Below, one piece after another: positions 56,635-64,000 of a stretch of 64,000 nt of DNA. The stretch covers positions 46,619 through 110,618 of the forward strand of contig JBIJBF010000002.1 in NCBI GenBank assembly GCA_044345375.1. The letters are read 5' to 3'. Numbering within the stretch: the first letter of the stretch is position 1; every line of letters starts with the position of its first letter. Below the pieces are notes generated by a model. That model worked only from the letters and a program-made list of their open reading frames with translations. It was not told where the DNA came from and did no database searches. A program made the translations under genes and the position numbers. This DNA is from Alphaproteobacteria bacterium. Its GTDB lineage: Bacteria; Pseudomonadota; Alphaproteobacteria; CAISOG01.

Positions 56635-59085
56635 CTAACCCCGCAGTTTGGCGCCGGTTTGGGTGATGGCTTGGTGGGTGAGTTTGGTGACGATGGCTTG
56701 GATTTGCGCCTCGCTAAGGGTTTCTTGTTGGGGTTGGATGGTCAGGCTGATCGCCACCGATTTTTCGCCAGCCGCCAGCGGGTGGCCGCGGTAGACATCA
56801 AACACCTCAACCGCCGCCAACAGCGGTTCGCGGGCGGATTCAATGGCCTTTAACACCTCACCCACCGCTTGGTTGTCCTGCAAAATCAGGGCGATATCGC
56901 GCACCACCGGCTGCAACGGGTTCAGCGCAAATTCGGCCTTGCGGGCATCCTGCATGGCCGGCAGGGGGGGCAGGCGATCCAAGAACAGCTCAAAGGCAAC
57001 CGCCGGTTCGGGCAGATCAAGGAACTGCAACAATCTGGGGTGCAGCGCGCCGGCCAGCGCCACCGGCGGCTTGTGCGGCACCAGATAAAAGGCGGCGGCC
57101 TGACCCGGGTGATAGGCCGGATGGTCGGTGAGGGGTTGAACTTTAAGCGCGCTGGCCTTCACCCCCATTGCCGCAGCCAATGCCAACAAATCGGCCTTGG
57201 CATCGTAAAAATCCACCGCTCTTGGGCTGCTGGCATGGTGACGGGGGCCGGTTTGGCCAAGGCGCAGGCCGGCCAGCTGCATCTCCTGCTGCGGGGTTTT
57301 GTCCAGCTTGGGGGTGGCGCTGTGGTAAATCGGCGCGATTTCAAACCAGCCGCCATCCGTTATGCCGTGGTTCAGGTTGCGGCCAGCCGCCTGCAGCAGG
57401 CCGATCAAAACGGTGGGGCGCATGGTGTTCAGGTCGCTGGCGATCGGGTCGGTTAGGCGCAAATCGGGGTTCAGCTGTTTGTTGCTGGGCAAAAACCGTT
57501 CGGCCACCGCGCCATCAACAAAGGAAAAGCTGATGGTTTCGGTCAACCCACGGCTGGCCAGCAGCCGACGGGCGGGCAGGGCGCGGCCAAGCCAATCGGG
57601 TTGCAGCTTGGTGATTTGCGGCATGGCCGGAATCGGCGGCATGCAGGCGGGCACCTGGCCATAGCCATGCAGCCGCAACACCTCCTCAACCAGATCCTCA
57701 GCAATGGTTAAATCGGGGCGCCAGCTGGGGATGGTGACCAGGCACACGCCGTTTTTGGGCGGGCTGACCACGCAGCCCAGCGCGGTTAAATAGGCCTCAA
57801 TGGATGCCAATGGCAGCTCCAAGCCGCCCAGTCGCTGCACCAAATCATGGGCAAAATCGATCTGATGCGGGGTGTAAAAGGCCAAATCGCCCGCCACCAC
57901 CGCGGCGGTTGCCTGCCCCCCTGCTAGGTTCAGAATCTGATCGGTGATCCAATCCAAGCCGGTCAGGGTGCTGGCGGGATCAACCCCGCGCTCAAACCGC
58001 TGGCGGGCATCGCCCTGAATATCCAGCGCGCGCCCTGCCCGCGCGATGCGGATGGGGTCAAACCAGGCCGATTCCACGAACACATTGGTGGTGTCAAGAC
58101 TGCAGCTGCTGTTCTGCCCGCCCATAATGCCGGCCAGGCTAACGATGCCGCTGGCATCACAAATCACGGTTGCGCCGGCGGGAAGGGTATAGTGTTTGCC
58201 GTTCAGCGCCGCAAATTCCTCGCCCTCATTGGACAGGCGCAGGGTCAGCTGTTCGCCCACCAATTGATCGGCATCAAAGACATGCAGCGGCCGGCATTGA
58301 TCGATGTTCAGATAGTTGGTCAGGTCGACCAAAATGGAGTGCGGGGTGATGCCAATTGCCAGCAACCGCTGTTGCAGCCAATCAGGGCTGGGGCCGTTGC
58401 GCACGCCGCGGATCAGGCGGCCGGTAAACAGCGGGCAGGGCAGGGGGGAGGTTTCTGCAAAGTCCAGCACCACGCTGATCGGGCAGGGCTGCGTGGCGGT
58501 GATGCTTGGCGGTGTTTGTGATGCAAAGCTGCCGATGCCGGCCGCGGCCAGATCCCGCGCCAGCCCGCGCACCCCAAAACAATCGGGGCGGTTGGGGGTT
58601 AGATCCAAATCGATCAACGGGTCATCCAGCCCCAAGACCTCAATCAATTTGTGACCGATCGGGGTGTCAGCCGGCAGCTCCATGATCCCATCATCCTCGG
58701 TGCCCAACCCCAATTCGCGCGCTGAACACAACATCCCCTCAGACGGCACGTCACGAATTTTGCTGGCCTCAAGCTTTTTGCCGGTGGATGGAATCACCTG
58801 GCCAGGCAGCGCCAGCGCCACCACCAACCCCTCCCGCGCATTGGGCGCGCCGCAGACGATTTGCAGGTTGCTGCTGGCGGTTTCCACCACGCAGACCTTC
58901 AGCCGATCGGCATTGGGGTGCGGCATGGTTTTAACGATCCGCGCCGTGGTAAAGTCGGCCAGCCCAGCCGCGCGATCCACCACCCCATCCACCTCATGGC
59001 CGATATTGGTCAAGCTGTCGGCAATTTCCGCCAAACTGGCGGTGGTGGCCAGATGATCCTTTAGCCAGTTTAGGGTGAGTTTCAC
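56635..59085 (-). CDS. pheT: Phenylalanine--tRNA ligase beta subunit
   Basis: KLTLNWLKDHL... with tRNA-binding, B3/B4 and B5 domains. The GTG start at 59085 overlaps the pheS stop (GTGA). Confidence 0.9.
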   Translation of the reverse strand: MKLTLNWLKDHLATTASLAEIADSLTNIGHEVDGVVDRAAGLADFTTARIVKTMPHPNADRLKVCVVETASSNLQIVCGAPNAREGLVVALALPGQVIPSTGKKLEASKIRDVPSEGMLCSARELGLGTEDDGIMELPADTPIGHKLIEVLGLDDPLIDLDLTPNRPDCFGVRGLARDLAAAGIGSFASQTPPSITATQPCPISVVLDFAETSPLPCPLFTGRLIRGVRNGPSPDWLQQRLLAIGITPHSILVDLTNYLNIDQCRPLHVFDADQLVGEQLTLRLSNEGEEFAALNGKHYTLPAGATVICDASGIVSLAGIMGGQNSSCSLDTTNVFVESAWFDPIRIARAGRALDIQGDARQRFERGVDPASTLTGLDWITDQILNLAGGQATAAVVAGDLAFYTPHQIDFAHDLVQRLGGLELPLASIEAYLTALGCVVSPPKNGVCLVTIPSWRPDLTIAEDLVEEVLRLHGYGQVPACMPPIPAMPQITKLQPDWLGRALPARRLLASRGLTETISFSFVDGAVAERFLPSNKQLNPDLRLTDPIASDLNTMRPTVLIGLLQAAGRNLNHGITDGGWFEIAPIYHSATPKLDKTPQQEMQLAGLRLGQTGPRHHASSPRAVDFYDAKADLLALAAAMGVKASALKVQPLTDHPAYHPGQAAAFYLVPHKPPVALAGALHPRLLQFLDLPEPAVAFELFLDRLPPLPAMQDARKAEFALNPLQPVVRDIALILQDNQAVGEVLKAIESAREPLLAAVEVFDVYRGHPLAAGEKSVAISLTIQPQQETLSEAQIQAIVTKLTHQAITQTGAKLRG

Positions 59086-60170
59086 AGCACATCTCCAAAC
59101 GGGCCAAAGCCGTAGTGACCCAGCCAACGCAAATCGCCCTCAAAAAACGGGCGCAGATCTTTGACGCCGTATTTCAACATGGTCAGGCGGTCAAGCCCCA
59201 TGCCAAAGGCAAAGCCCTGATACACGGTTGGATCAATGCCGCCGTTGCGCAAGACCGTGGGGTGGATCATGCCGGCGCCCAAAATTTCCAGCCAATGCTC
59301 GCCGTCACGGGCAATGCGCCCCTTGGCCTTGGACCAGGCAATATCCATCTCCGCCGATGGCTCGGTAAAGGGGAAATAATGGGGGCGAAAGCGCATGGGC
59401 AGGTCAGGAATGCCAAAAAACTTGGTCAACACCGTCTGCAAACAGCCCTTTAGGTGGGAAAAATTGATGCCGCGGTCGATCACAAAGCCTTCCAATTGGT
59501 GAAACATCGGCGAATGGGTGGCGTCGCTGTCCTGCCGGTAAACCTTGCCCGGCACCACCATCGCCAGCGGTGCGCCGTGGGTCAGCATCAAACGAATTTG
59601 CGCTGAGGAGGTTTGGGTGCGCAGCATGGTGGGCAGGCCGTTGGCGTCACGGCCGTTCAGGAAAAAGCTGTCTTGGCTTTCCCGCGCGGGGTGGTGGGGC
59701 TGAAAGTTCAGGCTGCCAAAATTTTCCCAATCGTCCACCACATCCGGCCCCTCACCCACCGCAAAGCCCAGCCCGCGAAAAATCGCCAGCAGTTCGGTGG
59801 TGGTTTGGCTGATCGGGTGGATGCGCCCCATCCGTTCGGGGCGCGCCGACAGGGTGACATCGATCGATTCATTGGCCAATCGCGCGTTTAGGGCGGCATC
59901 GGCAAGGGTCAGGCGGCGATCGTTAAGCGCGGATTCCAGTTGGTCACGGATGCGGTTCAGCATGGCACCGTGTTCGCGCCGCCCCTCAACCGGCAGGGTG
60001 GCCACGGCCTTAAGCTGCTCGGTCAGGCGACCCTTGCGCCCCAACAAATCGACCCGCAACTGCTCAAGCCGATCCAGCTCAGCGCAGCCAGCAATCTCAG
60101 CCAGCCACGCGGCGGCATCGGGCGAAGCCTCAATCGGCATGCTGTTGACTGGCGCGGCGCTTGACGTCAT
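59082..60170 (-). CDS. pheS: Phenylalanine--tRNA ligase alpha subunit
   Basis: 362 aa with class II aaRS motifs (FRPHYFPFTEPSAEMD, GFAFGMGLDRLTML). Confidence 0.92.
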   Translation of the reverse strand: MTSSAAPVNSMPIEASPDAAAWLAEIAGCAELDRLEQLRVDLLGRKGRLTEQLKAVATLPVEGRREHGAMLNRIRDQLESALNDRRLTLADAALNARLANESIDVTLSARPERMGRIHPISQTTTELLAIFRGLGFAVGEGPDVVDDWENFGSLNFQPHHPARESQDSFFLNGRDANGLPTMLRTQTSSAQIRLMLTHGAPLAMVVPGKVYRQDSDATHSPMFHQLEGFVIDRGINFSHLKGCLQTVLTKFFGIPDLPMRFRPHYFPFTEPSAEMDIAWSKAKGRIARDGEHWLEILGAGMIHPTVLRNGGIDPTVYQGFAFGMGLDRLTMLKYGVKDLRPFFEGDLRWLGHYGFGPFGDVL

Positions 60171-60176
60171 GGCCAG

Positions 60177-60533
60177 CTACGCAGCGGCGCGTTTGGCCTG
60201 CTCAACCAATTGCGTAAAATTGGCTGGCTGGTGGATGGCCAGTTCGGCCAACACCTTGCGATCAATCTCAATACCAGCCAGGCCAAGCCCGTTGATAAAG
60301 GCGCTATAGGTGATGCCATGGGCACGCACACCGGCGTTGATCCGCACGATCCACAATTTGCGCATGTCGCGTTTTTTGTTGCGACGGTCGCGATAGGCGT
60401 ACTGCAGACCCTTTTCAACTTTTTCAATCGCAACGCGAAAACAAGTGGAATTACGGCCGCGATAGCCCTTGGCCATATCCAGAATTTTTTTGTGGCGGGC
60501 GCGAACCTGAACACCGCGTTTTACCCGTGCCAT
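60177..60533 (-). CDS. rplT: 50S ribosomal protein L20
   Basis: [27 protein letters not shown]... is the L20 signature. Confidence 0.95.
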   Translation of the reverse strand: MARVKRGVQVRARHKKILDMAKGYRGRNSTCFRVAIEKVEKGLQYAYRDRRNKKRDMRKLWIVRINAGVRAHGITYSAFINGLGLAGIEIDRKVLAELAIHQPANFTQLVEQAKRAAA

Positions 60534-60560
60534 GATAACTCTCCTATTAAAAACAAAAAT

Positions 60561-60758
60561 TTATGCGTAGGGCATGTAGATGGCCAAACGGCCGGTATCG
60601 GTAGAATGCACCACGGTGGTGCCGCGGGCATCACGAATGCGTTTTTGTGGGCGGCAGCGCATGTTGTGGCGCTTTCCTGCATAGGGGCGCAACCAAAGCC
60701 CGCTGGCGGTTCTGGAAAAACGCTTTTTGGCAGCGCTTTTGGTTTTCAATTTTGTCAT
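60561..60758 (-). CDS. rpmI: 50S ribosomal protein L35
   Basis: MTKLKTKSAAKKRFSRTASG..., 65 aa. Confidence 0.9.
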   Translation of the reverse strand: MTKLKTKSAAKKRFSRTASGLWLRPYAGKRHNMRCRPQKRIRDARGTTVVHSTDTGRLAIYMPYA

Positions 60759-60934
60759 GATATCGACCTACAAAAATTTACAGTTCTGTTTGACCTAATT
60801 GCCGTTCATCCACTATAGTCCGTGGCTTACCACAATCAAGATTTCTTACGCGAACGAAACTTATAACCTAGTTTATAAGCGATTAGCAAGATCTTTTTGT
60901 GGTCTATTTTTTGCAAACCTTATGAGCCACCCGT

Positions 60935-61951
60935 TTGATGTCCCCAATTTTTTCTGCCCTTGCTAGTTCGTCGGCACAGTTTCATGCAGCAGGGGGGGTA
61001 GAGGGGGCGCCCAGCTTAACAGATGTGCAGGCAGCGATGCTGAGGCTGCACCGGTTTCACTTAGCCACCACGCCGTTGCTGCCATCGCCCGATTTGGCTG
61101 CGCAGATTTCTGGGCAGGTTTGGTTAAAGGCTGAGCATCGTCAGGTCACCGGCAGTTTTAAATTGCGCGGCGCCCTGAACCGGCTGTTGCAGTTCAACGA
61201 GGCGGAGCGGCAGGCGGGGGTGGTTTCCTACTCCTCAGGCAATTTTGGCATTGCGGTGGCGTTTGGCGGCTGGAATCTGGGCATTCCGGTGACCATTGTG
61301 GTGCCCCAAGATGCGCCGGCGGCGAAATTGCACAAAATTCGGTTGATGGGCGCCAAGATTGTGTTGGCCGATCGCACCAGCGACAACCGCATCCAACTGG
61401 CCCGTGATTTGGCGCAACAAACCGGCGCGGTGCTGCTGCCCTTTGCGGATCAGCCGCAGGTGATTGCCGGCGCGGGCACGGTGGTGTTGGAAATGCTGGA
61501 ACAGTTGCGGGCGCAAAGCCTCGACACGGTTTTGGTGCCCTGTGGCGGGGGCAGTTTGACGGCGGGCAGCGCGCTGGTGCTGCAATCCCTTAGCCCCAAA
61601 ACGCGGGTGATCGCGGTGGAACCGGTGGGGCTGGACGATACCGCGCGGTCTTTGGCGGCGGGCAAAATTTTGGCCAATGATCCGGCGGCGCGCAGCATCT
61701 GTGATTCATTGCTGACCCGCCAACCCAGCCCTTTGACCTTCGCGATGCTGCAGGCTGGTCAAGCCGCCAACCAACTGGCCTGCATGGCGGTCGAAGATAT
61801 CGCGGTGCAACATGCGGTGGTGTGGTTGGCGAAACGGCTGCATCAGGTGGTTGAGCCTGGCGGGGCGATCGCCCTGGCCGCCCTGCTTAGCCAGCCACAA
61901 AATTTTGTCGGGCAACGGGTTGGGGTGCTGCTGACCGGGGCGAACGGATAG
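60935..61951 (+). CDS. PLP-dependent threonine/serine dehydratase-like enzyme
   Basis: The PLP-binding lysine is in LKAEHRQVTGSFKLRGALN. A Gly-rich loop (SSGNFGIAVA) and the tryptophan-synthase-beta-like fold II are present. The TAG stop is embedded in the 3' motif. Confidence 0.7.
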   Translation: MMSPIFSALASSSAQFHAAGGVEGAPSLTDVQAAMLRLHRFHLATTPLLPSPDLAAQISGQVWLKAEHRQVTGSFKLRGALNRLLQFNEAERQAGVVSYSSGNFGIAVAFGGWNLGIPVTIVVPQDAPAAKLHKIRLMGAKIVLADRTSDNRIQLARDLAQQTGAVLLPFADQPQVIAGAGTVVLEMLEQLRAQSLDTVLVPCGGGSLTAGSALVLQSLSPKTRVIAVEPVGLDDTARSLAAGKILANDPAARSICDSLLTRQPSPLTFAMLQAGQAANQLACMAVEDIAVQHAVVWLAKRLHQVVEPGGAIALAALLSQPQNFVGQRVGVLLTGANG

Positions 61952-61968
61952 AGCATTTTCCGTTTTGG
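61949..61968 (+). repeat. Stop-codon-overlapping 3' motif, copy 5 (TAGAGCATTTTCCGTTTTGG)
   Basis: It begins at the TAG stop of the 60935..61951 gene. Confidence 0.65.
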
Positions 61969-62020
61969 GCTTTAGGAGGCTCTTGACAAATTCTTGGTTG
62001 AGAGCAATATGGTCTAGTTA

Positions 62021-62080
62021 TTGCAGTGCAACATTTTTTCTGGTTTGTAACTTTTCAAAAAAGATTCTGTTGCGTTGCAA
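62021..62080 (+). promoter_or_regulatory. Two palindromic TGC-N3-GCA sites (TTGCAGTGCAA at 62021-62031; TTGCGTTGCAA at 62070-62080) upstream of the phasin gene: putative PhaR operator pair
   Basis: Both lie in the AT-rich 5' region 40-100 bp upstream of the phasin start. A TTGACA -35-like hexamer is at 61984. Confidence 0.4.
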
Positions 62081-62119
62081 AATTCACCTGTTTTCACAGT
62101 TTAAAAGGGGTATTTTAAG

Positions 62120-62686
62120 ATGACCACCAACACCAATAACAACACCATCAATAGCGCAAAATCCAAAGCAGCTGAGGCTTTGTCAGCAACCACCGCTTCC
62201 GCTAATGAGGCGATTCGGGGTGCGATCAAAACCGGTTCTGAGTTTGCCCAAACCTCTGCCGATCAGGCCAGCAAGGCCGTCAGCAAAATCGTAAGCTTCA
62301 CCGCACAAAATGCCAACAAAACCAATTCTACCTTGGTGGAATCTTTTGACGGTTTTTCTGGCTATGTGCGTGAAAACCTGAACGCCATTACCAAATCCAA
62401 CGCCGATCTGTTGGCTGGGTTTGAGGCGATCACCAAGCAAATCTTCAGCTTTGCGCAAAGCCAATTGGAATCAAGCCTTAGCTTGCAAAAAAGCTTGGTG
62501 GGCAGCAAAAATCTGCGGGATGCCTTTGAAACCCAGTTGGAATATGCCAAATCCTCCTATGAGCAGGGCATTAACGAGCTGACCAAAATCTCTGAGAATG
62601 TGTTGAAAGTGGCCAACCAGTCGGCTGAGCCTATTCAAAGCCGCATCAACAACACCATCGAAAAAGCCTTTAAATCGTCGATCTAG
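62120..62686 (+). CDS. Phasin (PHA granule-associated protein)
   Basis: 188-aa Ala/Ser/Gln-rich alpha-helical protein of phasin type (...[53 protein letters not shown]...). It has lower GC than the flanks. Confidence 0.65.
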   Translation: MTTNTNNNTINSAKSKAAEALSATTASANEAIRGAIKTGSEFAQTSADQASKAVSKIVSFTAQNANKTNSTLVESFDGFSGYVRENLNAITKSNADLLAGFEAITKQIFSFAQSQLESSLSLQKSLVGSKNLRDAFETQLEYAKSSYEQGINELTKISENVLKVANQSAEPIQSRINNTIEKAFKSSI

Positions 62687-62814
62687 TTCGATCAACGGTT
62701 TTAGGTGATCTTGAAAAGGGCTGGATATTGCTTCCAGCCCTTTTTGCGTTAGACTGGGGCTCAAGTCTTTTTTGCTCATCCATCTTGCCCCCTATCGATC
62801 GCCCTTTTTTAAGC

Positions 62815-63135
62815 ATGAAGCCTGTAGAAAACCCGTGGTCGGATGCCGCTGATACGCAGGTAAAGCCACGTGAGCGGGTTAAGAAGCCCTCGCTTTACCG
62901 CGTGCTGCTGCTCAATGATGATTTCACCCCGATGGAATTTGTTGTAGAAATTTTGGAGACGGTTTTTGCAAAACCCACCGATGAGGCCCTGGCGATCATG
63001 TTGCGGGTTCACCACCATGGGGTGGGGGTCTGCGGCGTGTTTAGCTTTGAGATTGCCGAAACCAAAATGCACCAGGTGTTGCAGCATGCCAAGGCCTGTG
63101 GCCACCCCTTGCAATGCACGATGGAGAAACTTTAG
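62815..63135 (+). CDS. clpS: ATP-dependent Clp protease adaptor ClpS
   Basis: [28 protein letters not shown]...[27 protein letters not shown] is canonical ClpS. The preferred start is MKPVENPW at 62815. Confidence 0.85.
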   Translation: MKPVENPWSDAADTQVKPRERVKKPSLYRVLLLNDDFTPMEFVVEILETVFAKPTDEALAIMLRVHHHGVGVCGVFSFEIAETKMHQVLQHAKACGHPLQCTMEKL

Positions 63136-63182
63136 CCCATTTCCTCTCAAAAGAAAGCCCCCGTAAAGAAAGTCTGGCACCC

Positions 63183-64000
63183 ATGTTAAGCCGTCACTTA
63201 GAGATTACCCTGCACCGAGCCCTTGATCTGGCGCGTAAACGCCACCATGAGTTTGCGACGCTGGAACATTTGCTGCTGGCGCTGACCGATGATCCTGATG
63301 CGGTGGCGGCTTTGCGTGGATGCGCGGTGGATATCGGCCGGCTGCAACAGGCTTTGCGCGGCTATATCGACGACGAACTGACCAATTTGGTCAACCAAAA
63401 GGCCGATGACCCAAAGCCAACCGCGGGGTTTCAGCGGGTGGTGCAGCGGGCGGTGATTCATGTGCAGTCCTCTGGCCGCCATGAGGTGACAGGGGCGAAT
63501 TTGTTGGTGGCGATGTTTTCTGAGCGGGAATCGCACGCCGTCTATTTCTTGCAGCTGCAGGAGGTTACCCGTTTTGATGTGGTGAATTTTCTGTCGCATG
63601 GTATTGCGAAAGCAGGGGTGGCAGCCGAAACTGCTGGCGCAGCGGAGGAGGGGGGCAAGGCTGAGGAGGGCGACGCCGCCTCTGCCCGCAACCGTCGTGC
63701 CACGGCTTTGGAAACCTATTGCGCCAATTTGAACGAGCGGGCGGCTGCCGGTAAAATTGACCCCCTGATTGGCCGTGAGGCGGAGTTGGAGCGAACCGTG
63801 CATATTCTGTGCCGTCGCACCAAAAACAACCCGCTGTATGTCGGCGATCCTGGGGTGGGCAAGACCGCGCTGGCTGAGGGGTTGGCGCTGCGGATCATCA
63901 ACGGCAAGGTGCCGGAAAAATTAAAGGATTCCGTGGTCTATTCCTTGGACATGGGCGCGCTGCTGGCCGGCACGCGCTACCGCGGCGATTTTGAGGAGCG
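63183..64000 (+). CDS. clpA: ATP-dependent Clp protease ATP-binding subunit ClpA (N-terminal part; continues beyond window)
   Basis: [37 protein letters not shown]... (ClpA N-domain) and [39 protein letters not shown] (Walker A of D1) are present. There is no stop before the window end. Confidence 0.85.
   Translation, partial: MLSRHLEITLHRALDLARKRHHEFATLEHLLLALTDDPDAVAALRGCAVDIGRLQQALRGYIDDELTNLVNQKADDPKPTAGFQRVVQRAVIHVQSSGRHEVTGANLLVAMFSERESHAVYFLQLQEVTRFDVVNFLSHGIAKAGVAAETAGAAEEGGKAEEGDAASARNRRATALETYCANLNERAAAGKIDPLIGREAELERTVHILCRRTKNNPLYVGDPGVGKTALAEGLALRIINGKVPEKLKDSVVYSLDMGALLAGTRYRGDFEE

Overview
This 64-kb window looks like chromosome from a GC-rich (~60%) alphaproteobacterium with a polar flagellum. 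The backbone is housekeeping genes: rph (partial), hrcA-grpE, ispE, a family-4 uracil-DNA glycosylase, a GST, phbB, an MsbA-like ABC exporter, rho, putA, ornithine cyclodeaminase, tRNA-Asn, phbA thiolase, mnmA, a UbiB-like kinase, an LPS/lipid A glycosyltransferase cluster, an OYE reductase, mutL, flhF-flhG-folA, purD, polA, a parvulin PPIase, secF, rpsD, tRNA-Thr, serA, aspartate kinase, a PhoR-like histidine kinase, uvrD, pheST-rplT-rpmI, a threonine-dehydratase-like enzyme, a phasin, clpS and clpA (partial). Low-GC accessory insertions are embedded in this backbone. (1) A ~3.4-kb island lies at the 3' end of tRNA-Asn. It is bounded by an exact 17-bp direct repeat of the tRNA end, carries a single MmeI-family type IIL restriction-modification gene and has no integrase. 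(2) A ~1-kb low-GC cassette encodes a pentapeptide-repeat protein and sits inside the 3' end of the GST gene. It is flanked by two ~45-bp copies of the GST terminus that differ only at synonymous sites. (3) An AT-rich HEAT-repeat protein gene is bracketed by REP-like elements. (4) A Sel1-repeat protein is built from tandem 108-bp DNA repeats. (5) A RelE/HigB-HigA-like toxin-antitoxin pair sits between the histidine kinase and uvrD. Three dispersed repeat families are visible: a GC-rich REP-like palindromic unit at five loci; a 149-bp near-perfect palindromic MITE-like element in two copies, both in divergent promoter regions; and a ~27-nt motif (TAGAGCATTTTCGCTTTCG..CACCAC) whose first triplet is the stop codon of five unrelated genes. 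No CRISPR arrays or rRNA genes are present.
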